Below are positions 8,059 to 15,698 of a stretch of 16,084 nucleotides of DNA, one piece after another. The notes beneath the pieces were generated by a model. That model searched no databases. It was not told the DNA's origin and was given only the letters and a program-made list of their open reading frames with translations. A program made the translations under genes and the position numbers. Origin of the DNA: Myxococcales bacterium (GTDB lineage: Bacteria > Myxococcota_A > Polyangia > Polyangiales > Polyangiaceae). Within the stretch, counting starts at the first letter, position 1. Each line of letters begins with the position of its first letter. Where the stretch lies: positions 601,516-617,599 of the forward strand of contig JADKKK010000003.1 in NCBI GenBank assembly GCA_016720545.1, written 5' to 3'.

Positions 8059-8793
8059 TTACCCTGAAGCTGGCCGCCCCCGCGCGGAACCGCGCGAGTC
8101 GCGGACCAGCGAGGTGAGCACGACGTCGTCGAGGGGCTCGAAGCGCCCGGCGAGCGTGAGCCCAGCGGGCAGGTGCTCGAGCGCGACGGTGAGCGCGATC
8201 TCGAACGCGCCGCGCTCGGCGTCGATCGACACGACGCGCGCGTCCTGAAAGCCAAAGTAGCGACGGACCTCGGGATAGAGGCACTTGTAGAGGGTCTCCT
8301 TCGCGGAGAACACCAGGGTGAGGGCGCGCCCGCTCGACCAGCCGGTCCGCTCGCAGAGCTCGGGGAGCTCGCCGTCGGTGGTGATGTGGGCGCCGATGCG
8401 GCGCGGGGCGTCGTCGTTCATCCACCGCTCGACGTCGACGCCGACCGCGCCCACGAGCCCGCTGCCGCTCGCCGCCGCCACGACCACGCCCGTGGTGTGC
8501 GCGATGCTCCCCGCGGCGCCGGCGGGCCAGAGCGGCTCGCGGTTCGGGCCCTGGCCTAGGGGCTCCTCCGCGAGGGCGTGCGCGCAGTCGCGGAGGGCGG
8601 CCCGCGCGCAGTAGCGCCCCGCGAGATACTCGAGCCGCCGCTTCGGCACCGCCCCCGCGAGCGACGCGGGGAGCGGAATGCCGTCGAGCTCGGCCACGGT
8701 GGCGATCACCGCGTCGGTCGCGAGGTCCACGCGCACGGCGCGCGCTGCCACGTCGGCGGGGAACAGGTGGGCCGGCAGCTCGAGCGCGCGCAC
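8059..8793 (-). CDS. 4'-phosphopantetheinyl transferase (Sfp/EntD/PfaE-type)
   Basis: A raw 369-aa ORF (8059..9168) overlaps the PKS 3' end in another frame. Only the C-terminal ~244 aa look like a PPTase: 'PKRRLEYLAGRYCARAAL', 'WPAGAAGSIAHTTG', 'GVDVE' (nt 8428-8442) and 'FSAKETLYK' (nt 8284-8310). These match the three conserved PPTase blocks. The proposed GTG start at 8791-8793 lies 2 nt after the PKS TGA (8796-8798), but no clear SD is present. The stop is TAA at 8059-8061, and the kinase GTG begins 9 nt later. Confidence 0.72.
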   Translation of the reverse strand: MRALELPAHLFPADVAARAVRVDLATDAVIATVAELDGIPLPASLAGAVPKRRLEYLAGRYCARAALRDCAHALAEEPLGQGPNREPLWPAGAAGSIAHTTGVVVAAASGSGLVGAVGVDVERWMNDDAPRRIGAHITTDGELPELCERTGWSSGRALTLVFSAKETLYKCLYPEVRRYFGFQDARVVSIDAERGAFEIALTVALEHLPAGLTLAGRFEPLDDVVLTSLVRDSRGSARGRPASG

Positions 8794-8795
8794 GC

Positions 8796-11700
8796 TCAGG
8801 CCGCGGGTGTGGTCGGGTCGGTCGCGACGAGCCGCACGGCGAGGCCCTTGGCCTCGTAGATGCGCTTGCCGTCGACCCAGAGCGACCCCTCCGCCACCAC
8901 GACGCGCGCGGGGACTCCGTCGCACACTTCGTCGCGGACCTCGGTGAGCTCCACGTCGACGACCACGACGTGGTTCGACGGGATGACCTGGCCGCGGTAC
9001 TTCCACGACATGGTCACGCCCGCGGCCTGCGTCTCGAAGCGCGGCGCCGCGAGCCCGCGGCCGAGGTCGAGCTCGATGACGAGCGCTTGGAGCGCCTGGA
9101 GGAGCGCCTCGATGCCGAGCGAGCCCGGCTGTACCGGGTCTTGGTAGAAGTGGGCCTTGAAGAACCACTGGCGCGCGGCGACGTCCTTCTCCGCCCGCAG
9201 ACGGCCGAGGCCCGCCTTGCCCGCGAGCTCGCCCTCGCGCCAGAGACCCGTGAGCCGGTCGATCATGACCAGGCGCTCCTCGGGGAGCCGCAGCGAGCCG
9301 CCGAAGTAGCGCGCAGGACAGTCGCCGAGCTCGACGCGATGGTCGCTCGCGTCGACCAGGCGGGCCCGGTGCGCCGGCGTCATGGGGAGGCCGGCTTGGT
9401 CCTTCATGGTGTCGCCGGGGAAGAACCCGAAGACCGTCTTTAGCGTGTAGATTACACGCTCACCTGCGGTCATCACGACGTCGAAGCCCATGATGACGAT
9501 CGCGTCGGCCTTGGAGATCGACGTGAGCTTCGTGGTCACGGTGAGCGTGCCCACGTCGGGGGTGATCTCCACGTGCTGCGTGCCGGTCCCGTCGAGGTTC
9601 CGGAAGTAGAGGTTGTCCTCCGAGTCGAGGGCGCCGCCGGTGTACGAGGCGAGCCACCCGCAGGGCTGGAGCGCGGTCTCGAGCATGACGGGGAACGGCA
9701 TGGCCCGCGCGTTGTTCTGCGTGAAGTACCACTCGTCCGCGGGCACGTCGTAGTCGATCACCGCGACGCTCCCGACCTCCATGCCGCCGATGCGCCCGGT
9801 GACGCTCGTGACGCGCGACATGAAGTGGTACGGCGGCCCGGGCAGCCGCGCGACGCGGCGGGTGCCGTCGAAGCGCGCGTACATCGGCCCGAACGCCGAC
9901 GACGGGACGCCCCACGCGCACGCGAGCAGCGACGCGTAGTCGAAGCGGAAGCCGTCGACCACGGCGACCGGGCGCGGGTCGCGCGCGGCCTCGCGCAGCG
10001 CCGGCACGTCGAGGCGACCCGCATCGAGCGGCCACGCCGGCACGAGGCGGAGCGCCATGCGCTTGCAGTGGAACGCCTTGCGTCCGTCGACGGTGCCGAG
10101 GATGTCGGCGTAGAGCGTGGGCGTGAGGCCTCCCACGACCTCCTCGACGAAGATCTCGTAGACGACCTCCTTCGACGTGGGCACCGCCTGTCCCCGGCAG
10201 CGCAGGCTGTAGTTCTCCTCGGGGACCGGCTCGAAGCGCGAGCCGTCGTGATCGAGGGTGTGGCCCAGCGCGGTCATCAAGATCTGCATGGCCTGAAGGC
10301 CGCCCTCGAGCATGAGCGTGCCGGGCATGCAGGGGTCATTCTTGAAGTGGCCGTCGAAGAACCAGTGCTCGGGGGTGAGCGACAGCACCGCGCGGAGGTA
10401 GCCGCGGCCCCACGGGCCACCGTTCGGCTCGAAGGCCGTGACCTCGTCCAGCAGACGCATCTTGCCGCCAGCGATGGTGGGCGTGCGCGTGTGCGAGTCG
10501 GCGTGATCGAGCTCGGGCCCGAAGCACTCCCCGAGGCGGCCCTCGACGAACGCGGTGATCTGGTCGCGGCTGAAGGCCCTTCGCGACGACAGCGCGCGCG
10601 GCGGATCGAGCCGAGGGTTCGCGACCGGCGTCGCGGCCTCGGGCGACCAGAGCACGCCCGCCGAGCCGGCGAGCTCTTCGTCGGTGAAGAACCCCGCCTG
10701 ACCGCTCCGCACGCTCATGCGAAGCTCGCCGTTCACCCAGCAGTTGTAGTGGAAGAAGAAGAGCCGGATGCCGTTCTGCTCGGCGTGCCCGTCGACGAGG
10801 ATCTCGTAGTGGAGCGTATCGCCGAGCGTGGGCAGCGGGCCGTGGCTCTTCAGCTCGCAGCCGAGCAGGCGATACACCCGCTCGCCGCGGTTCAGGAAGT
10901 CGGCCCCGAGCCACGAGATGAGCATGAGGTCGGCCTGGCCCGACTCGACCAGCAGGCCCGCGGGCATGCGACCCTCGTGGAGGTACCACGCGCCCGGCGT
11001 GACGTCGGTCTCGGTCCAGATGGTGCCGAGGCCGAGCGTGCCCGGTGTGCCCTCGATCCCGAGCACGCGATCGGCGAGCAGCAGCGGCGGCTCGGGCATG
11101 CGCACCTGGCGCGCGTAGCCGTCCTGCTGGCGGAACAAGTCCCCGAATATTTTCGATATTTCGCCGCTGGCGTGGATCTCGAGGCCCGCACGATCGAAGG
11201 TCGGCCCGGTGGGCGTGCGAGGCCTTGGCGTGGCCGCGCGCGGAGCCACCTTCGCCTCGGGGGCCTTGGCGGGCGCCGCGAGGGCCTGGGTGGGCGGGGC
11301 CTTGGCGAGCGGGCTCTCGCTCTTCGCGGGGGACGGCGCGGGCGCCGCCGACCTCGCGAGCACGGGCGCGGCGCGCGGCGCCTCGACGGCCGCCGGTGTC
11401 GGTGCCGGGACGGGCGCGACAGGCGTAGGCCGCGCGCCTGGCGCCGGAGCGACCAGCGCTTCGTGCCGCGCGTCGTCGGCGTGGGGCGAGGCGTCCGCGC
11501 CGCCGCGCGCCCAGCGGCCAAGCGGGGCGAGCGTGACGTCGACGAAGCGCGCTTGCAGCTCGATCTGCTGACGCATGAAGGCCGTGTGGAGCTCGGCCAG
11601 CCGCGCGTGGTGCGCGGTGAGCGCGCCGAGCGGCGGCGGCGAGGCGTGAGGCGACGGGTGCGGCGGCGCGAGGTGCGGCGCTTGCGCCACCGCGGACCGC

Positions 11701-14700
11701 GCGACCGGGCTCGCGGGCCGCGGCGCGGGAGCGGTCGGTCGGGGCGCCGGGGTCGAAGGCGGGGCAGGTCGCGTCGCCGTCCCTACGGAAGCGAGCATCG
11801 GCGGCGGCGCCATGTATTCGCCCTCGTCGTGAGAGGGCGCGAGCGGCGCGGGCTGGTGGGCGTGCCCGTTCGCGGGAGTCGAGGGAGTAGAGACCGCGGC
11901 CATCATGGGGAGCTCTTGCGTCATTCGTGGGGGCGTGCGCGGCACGGCGTCGGGGTGGGCGGGGAGCGAGAGGAGCAGCGTCGGGGCCGAGCGGGCCGGC
12001 GGCGCCTCACGACCTCGCGCGAGGCGCGCGAGGATCGACTCGAGCGCCACGGGCGCGCCCGCGGCGAACAAACGGGCCGCGGCCTCGGCCGCCTGGAGGA
12101 GCGAGGAGCGCCCGTAGCGATCGAGCGCGATCGCGACGTGCGGCCTCTCGCCCAGCACCTCGTCGATCCATTTGGTGCATCCTGCATGGGGTCCGTGCTC
12201 GATGAACACCCGAACGCCGTCGGCCCAGGCGCGCTCCACGAGCGCCGGAAAGTCGACGAGGTTCATCGCCTGGCCCGTGAGCGCGTCGGCGGCGGTCTCG
12301 GTCGTGGCCACGTAGCTGGAGAGGCTCGCGTGCGTGTAGAAGCGCATCCACGGCATCGAGATGGTGGGGCGCGTGTGGAGCGCGCGCCACCTTGACTCGA
12401 ACTCGCGCGCCTCCGGGCAGTGCATCACGAAGTCGTAGCCGGGGGTCCGCACCGCGCGGCGGCCTAGCTTGGCGCCGACGCGCGCGCAGGCCTCCGGCTC
12501 GCCCGAGAACACCATGTCGGTGGGCGAGTTGATGATCACGAGGTGGGCGCGGGTCTCGCCCTCGAGGGCGGCGCGAACGTCGCCGATCGGGGCGCGCACC
12601 CGCCAGGTGGCCCACTCGGGCGTGGCGTCGGCGTCGAGGTTCCAGGCGGGGCGCAGGCAGGCGAGCTCGCCGCAGAGCCAGCGGTCGTAGACGCGCGTCT
12701 CGGCGACGTCGGACCGGAAGCCGTCCAGATCGGTCCACGCGCCCAGGGCGAAGAGCGAGTTGGTCTCGCCGGAGCAGTAGCCGATGGCCGCGGTAGGCTC
12801 GAGACCGAAGGTGCCGCGCGTGAGCTCCGTGTGGAGCTGACCGAGGTACGAGGCGCCCCAGAGCTTCTCGAGGGGCGTCGTCTGCCGATCCGGGACGTCG
12901 TCGTACACCCAGCCCGCCGCGTCGCGCACCGAGGCGGCGCGGGCCCCGAAGCTGTCGACCAGCTCCGGGAACGCGAGGGCGAGATCGCGGCCCATGTGCG
13001 GGTAGGCGCCCGCCGCGCCGGTGAACACGAACGCGAGCTCGCCCTCGAGCGGACCGCGGCCGAAATGCACGCCCTCGTCGAGCGCGGCGGTCGCGTCCGA
13101 CGCGAGGGCCGCGGGCGGGAGCGCGCGGAGCAGGGCCGCCGCGCGCGCGAGGCGCTCGGCGTACTCGCGAGGATCCTCGGCGACGACGGCGAGGCGCAGC
13201 GCAGACGCGGGCAGCGCAGACGCCTCGGCCGCGGAGAGCGTGCGCCCGCTCTCGACGGAGGCGATCAGCGCCGCGACGTCCACGGCGCCGAAGAGCCCCA
13301 GCTCCGGCGCGGGCGTCAAAAAGATCGGATCTGTCGGAGGGGTAGGGGGCGCCTCGACGTAGGTGGTGCTGTCGCCCGCGATCGACGCGACCCGCACACG
13401 CGCGCGGCGCGTGCCCGCGGTGGGGAGCCACGGCATGGGGCCTACGGCCGACGGGAGCGCGCGCCGCGCGCACGCCTCGATCGCGGCGGCGACGTGCAGC
13501 AGCCCCGAGGCGGCGTGCGCGTGCCCGAAGCGCGGCGTGAGCCCCTCGGAGTCGGGCGTGAGCGCCAGATCCAGCGTGGGCTCGGCCCCGTCGAAGAGAT
13601 CGTCGGTGAGCAGCGCGAGCACCGGATCGCCGTCGCGCACGGCGTCCGCGTGGCGCTTGCACACGAGCAGCACGGCGGCGTCGCCCGGCTCGCGGTGGCT
13701 CGCTGGCAGCACCTCGCGGGCGGCGCGCTCAGCCACCGGCTCGCACGCGAGGTCGACCGCGCCCACGACCGCGGCGTCGATCTCGCCAGCGCGGAGCGCC
13801 CGCGCGCCGATGGCGAGCGCGGTGAGCCCGGAGCGCTCCTCGGACGAGACGGTGTAGCTCGGCCCGCGCACGTCGAGCTGGTGGCTCAATCGATTCGCGA
13901 CGATGTTGGGCATGCAGCCGATGACGGAGGCCCCGGTGAGGCCGTCCCGCGCGAGCGCGGTCGGGAGCGCGTCGACCCAACGTCGCTCGCCGCGCCAGCG
14001 CACGGCGTGCCGCGCGACCTCCGCGTCGGTCTGCATGCCAATGAGGACGGAGGTACGCTCCTTCGGCAGCCGCGCGAGGGCGTCGGCCATGGCCGGGCTC
14101 TTGGCCATCGCGAGCAGCCAGGTCTGTTGTGGGAGCGACGCGCGCAGGTCGTTGGGGGGAAAGCGCAGCCCGCCCGCGTCGAGCTCGATGGTCGCGGCCC
14201 TCGCCGTGGCGCCGCTCGACGCGGCGGTGGTGAGGAGCCCCTCGCGAAGCTCTTCGGTCGCCGAGCCCGCGCGCACGGCGCGCGCGACGACCGCGATCTC
14301 GACGTCAGAGCGCGCGCCCGCGCCGCCCGAGGTCGCGCCGGGCAGCCACTCCTCGAGGAGGAGGTGGGCGTTGTTGCCGCCGAAGCCGAAGTTGCTGATG
14401 GCGGCCCGTCGCGGCGTGCCTGCGGGCGACCCCCAGGGCTCCTCCTCGCGGAGCAGGCGGAACGCGCCATCGGCGAGCTCGTCGAGCGGGGCGTCCGCGT
14501 GGCGCGTGGGCGGGCGAACCTGCTCGCGCATCGCGGCGAGCACCTTGATGACGGCCGCCGCCCCCGAAGCCGTGATGAGGTGCCCGACGTTCGACTTGAG
14601 CGAGCCGATCGGCACTCCTCGCGCGCCCTCGAACACCGCGCGCATGCTGCGGATCTCCGCGCCGTCGCCCACGCCGGTCCCGGTGGCGTGACACTCGACG

Positions 14701-15626
14701 AGCGAGATGTCGCTGGGCGAGAGGCCGCTCTCCGCGTACGCGGCGCGGAGGGCGCGGATCTGGCCTTCCTCGGAGGGGACCATGAGGCCGCGGCTCCGGC
14801 CGTCGTTCGAGAGGCCCACGCCCCGAATGACGCCGAGGATGCGGCGCCCGTTGGCGACCGCGTCGTCGAGGCGCTCGAGGAGGAGAAGGGCGGCCCCCTG
14901 CGCGGGCACGAGGCCGTCGGCCTCACGATGAAAAGGTCTGCTCTGTCCTGTAGGGCTCAGCGCGCGCAGCGCCGAGAAGCCGCCGTGAAGGAACAGATCG
15001 TCTGCGTGGTTCACGCCCCCGGCGAGCGCGAGATCGGCGCGCCCGTCATGGAGCGCGAGGCACGCGAGCTTCAGCGCGTAGAGCGACGACGCACACGCGG
15101 CGTCCAGGGCGAAGGCTTCGCCCCCGAAGCCCACCGCCGCGGCGGCGAGCTCCGCGGGCAGCCCCGACATGAAGCGGTTTCGCGGATCGGCGCCGCGCCC
15201 CTCGCCCGACCAGACCTCGAGCGCGAGATCGACCAGGCCCGGGGTGGGGTAGCTCAGGTTTCCGAGCACGAGCGCGCCGCGAGGCCGGGGCTCGAGGGGA
15301 GAGAGGCCCGCGCTCCGGAGCGCCTCGCGCGCGGCGTGGATCGTCCACGAGAACACGGGGTCGAGCCCTCGCAGGCTCGCCGCGTCGACCGCGAAGCCCT
15401 CGGGGTCGAACACCGCGTCGAAGCCGGTCACGTGGCCTCCGACGTCGCTCGAGATCTCGCGCGCCAGCTGCTGACGGCTCGCGCCCGCGTCGAGGCCCCA
15501 GAGGCCAGCCGCGGCAGGCCCTATCGCCGAGCGGCCCTCACGCACGAGGGCCCAGAGGGCCTCGGGCGTGAGCGCAGAGGGGAGGACGCAGCCTTGGCCG
15601 ACGATCGCGATCGGGGGAAACTTCAA
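8796..15626 (-). CDS. PUFA/secondary-lipid synthase subunit, PfaC/Pfa3-like (2276 aa), with domain order KS - CLF - AT - Pro/Ala linker - (pseudoDH+FabA-DH) x2 and no C-terminal AGPAT domain
   Basis: The active KS carries Cys178 in 'DAACASSLYAL', plus 'ECHATGTGVGD' and 'NVGHLITASGAA'. In the second KS-like region the Cys position reads 'TVSSEERSGLTAL' (Cys replaced by Glu), which is the CLF-type partner seen in PfaC. The AT has 'LEPTAAIGYCSGETNSLFALGAW', aligning to FabD 'GHSLGEYSAL'. Two FabA-type active sites are 'HFKNDPCMPGTLMLEGGLQAMQIL' and 'HFYQDPVQPGSLGIEALLQALQAL', each preceded by a hot-dog pseudo-DH repeat. The TTG start at 15624-15626 has GGAG 6 nt upstream. The stop is TGA at 8796-8798. 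Confidence 0.85.
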   Translation of the reverse strand: MKFPPIAIVGQGCVLPSALTPEALWALVREGRSAIGPAAAGLWGLDAGASRQQLAREISSDVGGHVTGFDAVFDPEGFAVDAASLRGLDPVFSWTIHAAREALRSAGLSPLEPRPRGALVLGNLSYPTPGLVDLALEVWSGEGRGADPRNRFMSGLPAELAAAAVGFGGEAFALDAACASSLYALKLACLALHDGRADLALAGGVNHADDLFLHGGFSALRALSPTGQSRPFHREADGLVPAQGAALLLLERLDDAVANGRRILGVIRGVGLSNDGRSRGLMVPSEEGQIRALRAAYAESGLSPSDISLVECHATGTGVGDGAEIRSMRAVFEGARGVPIGSLKSNVGHLITASGAAAVIKVLAAMREQVRPPTRHADAPLDELADGAFRLLREEEPWGSPAGTPRRAAISNFGFGGNNAHLLLEEWLPGATSGGAGARSDVEIAVVARAVRAGSATEELREGLLTTAASSGATARAATIELDAGGLRFPPNDLRASLPQQTWLLAMAKSPAMADALARLPKERTSVLIGMQTDAEVARHAVRWRGERRWVDALPTALARDGLTGASVIGCMPNIVANRLSHQLDVRGPSYTVSSEERSGLTALAIGARALRAGEIDAAVVGAVDLACEPVAERAAREVLPASHREPGDAAVLLVCKRHADAVRDGDPVLALLTDDLFDGAEPTLDLALTPDSEGLTPRFGHAHAASGLLHVAAAIEACARRALPSAVGPMPWLPTAGTRRARVRVASIAGDSTTYVEAPPTPPTDPIFLTPAPELGLFGAVDVAALIASVESGRTLSAAEASALPASALRLAVVAEDPREYAERLARAAALLRALPPAALASDATAALDEGVHFGRGPLEGELAFVFTGAAGAYPHMGRDLALAFPELVDSFGARAASVRDAAGWVYDDVPDRQTTPLEKLWGASYLGQLHTELTRGTFGLEPTAAIGYCSGETNSLFALGAWTDLDGFRSDVAETRVYDRWLCGELACLRPAWNLDADATPEWATWRVRAPIGDVRAALEGETRAHLVIINSPTDMVFSGEPEACARVGAKLGRRAVRTPGYDFVMHCPEAREFESRWRALHTRPTISMPWMRFYTHASLSSYVATTETAADALTGQAMNLVDFPALVERAWADGVRVFIEHGPHAGCTKWIDEVLGERPHVAIALDRYGRSSLLQAAEAAARLFAAGAPVALESILARLARGREAPPARSAPTLLLSLPAHPDAVPRTPPRMTQELPMMAAVSTPSTPANGHAHQPAPLAPSHDEGEYMAPPPMLASVGTATRPAPPSTPAPRPTAPAPRPASPVARSAVAQAPHLAPPHPSPHASPPPLGALTAHHARLAELHTAFMRQQIELQARFVDVTLAPLGRWARGGADASPHADDARHEALVAPAPGARPTPVAPVPAPTPAAVEAPRAAPVLARSAAPAPSPAKSESPLAKAPPTQALAAPAKAPEAKVAPRAATPRPRTPTGPTFDRAGLEIHASGEISKIFGDLFRQQDGYARQVRMPEPPLLLADRVLGIEGTPGTLGLGTIWTETDVTPGAWYLHEGRMPAGLLVESGQADLMLISWLGADFLNRGERVYRLLGCELKSHGPLPTLGDTLHYEILVDGHAEQNGIRLFFFHYNCWVNGELRMSVRSGQAGFFTDEELAGSAGVLWSPEAATPVANPRLDPPRALSSRRAFSRDQITAFVEGRLGECFGPELDHADSHTRTPTIAGGKMRLLDEVTAFEPNGGPWGRGYLRAVLSLTPEHWFFDGHFKNDPCMPGTLMLEGGLQAMQILMTALGHTLDHDGSRFEPVPEENYSLRCRGQAVPTSKEVVYEIFVEEVVGGLTPTLYADILGTVDGRKAFHCKRMALRLVPAWPLDAGRLDVPALREAARDPRPVAVVDGFRFDYASLLACAWGVPSSAFGPMYARFDGTRRVARLPGPPYHFMSRVTSVTGRIGGMEVGSVAVIDYDVPADEWYFTQNNARAMPFPVMLETALQPCGWLASYTGGALDSEDNLYFRNLDGTGTQHVEITPDVGTLTVTTKLTSISKADAIVIMGFDVVMTAGERVIYTLKTVFGFFPGDTMKDQAGLPMTPAHRARLVDASDHRVELGDCPARYFGGSLRLPEERLVMIDRLTGLWREGELAGKAGLGRLRAEKDVAARQWFFKAHFYQDPVQPGSLGIEALLQALQALVIELDLGRGLAAPRFETQAAGVTMSWKYRGQVIPSNHVVVVDVELTEVRDEVCDGVPARVVVAEGSLWVDGKRIYEAKGLAVRLVATDPTTPAA
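8799..9989 (-). other. Second pseudo-DH + FabA-type dehydratase/isomerase pair
   Basis: This covers PKS residues ~1880-2276. The FabA-motif His is in 'HFYQDPVQPG', at about nt 9150-9152. Confidence 0.65.
10049..11195 (-). other. First pseudo-DH + FabA-type dehydratase/isomerase pair
   Basis: This covers PKS residues ~1478-1860. The active-site His1760 codon is at 10347-10349, in the FabA motif HFxxDPxxPG. Confidence 0.65.
11204..12014 (-). repeat. Roughly 270-aa low-complexity Pro/Ala-rich linker (PAPRPTAPAPRPASP..., APAKAPEAKVAP..., with GC-rich near-repeats at the DNA level)
   Basis: PKS residues ~1205-1475 are dominated by P/A/T/S/R. They create long spurious ORFs in other frames, for example 10892..11521- and 11209..11571+. 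Confidence 0.7.
12029..13049 (-). other. Acyltransferase (AT) domain carrying a non-canonical G-Y-C-S-G-E nucleophile motif
   Basis: This covers PKS residues ~860-1200. The Cys951 codon lies at 12774-12776. Confidence 0.65.
13409..14219 (-). other. Chain-length-factor-like inactive KS (CLF)
   Basis: This covers PKS residues ~470-740. The catalytic Cys position is occupied by Glu in 'SSEERSGL'. Confidence 0.65.
14352..15620 (-). other. Ketosynthase (KS) domain, predicted active (Cys178; His motifs present)
   Basis: This covers PKS residues ~3-425. The Cys178 codon lies at 15093-15095. Confidence 0.75.
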
Positions 15627-15632
15627 CGGGGG

Positions 15633-15636
15633 CTCC
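15633..15636 (-). promoter_or_regulatory. GGAG Shine-Dalgarno for the TTG start of the PfaC-like gene
   Basis: The minus-strand mRNA reads ...CCCCTGGAGCCCCCG-TTG-AAG-TTT. Confidence 0.45.
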
Positions 15637-15698
15637 AGGGGCGCGCGCGCCTCCAGGGCACGCGCGTGGACGTGGTCGAGGGGGGGCGAGGCGAGGAC

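Noticed and set aside
5962-8067. A 701-aa plus-strand ORF antisense to the kinase. The same judgement applies to the 3830..5776+, 1796..3136+ and 3297..5891- ORFs inside the protease gene.
   Set aside because: These have the same high-GC shadow-ORF signature: low-complexity R/G/A/P-rich translations. The opposite or alternate frame carries strong kinase or metzincin motifs.
8794-9168. The N-terminal 125 codons of the raw 369-aa PPTase ORF
   Set aside because: They overlap the 3' end of the PKS in a different frame. They encode an Arg/Pro-rich sequence with no PPTase similarity. The PPTase-like sequence begins only after the PKS stop.
9573-12395. A 940-aa ORF on the plus strand, antisense to the PKS gene
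   Set aside because: It is Arg/Gly/Pro-rich with no recognisable motifs. This is the typical shadow ORF produced by very high GC at third codon positions, and the sense strand encodes a clearly recognisable PKS.
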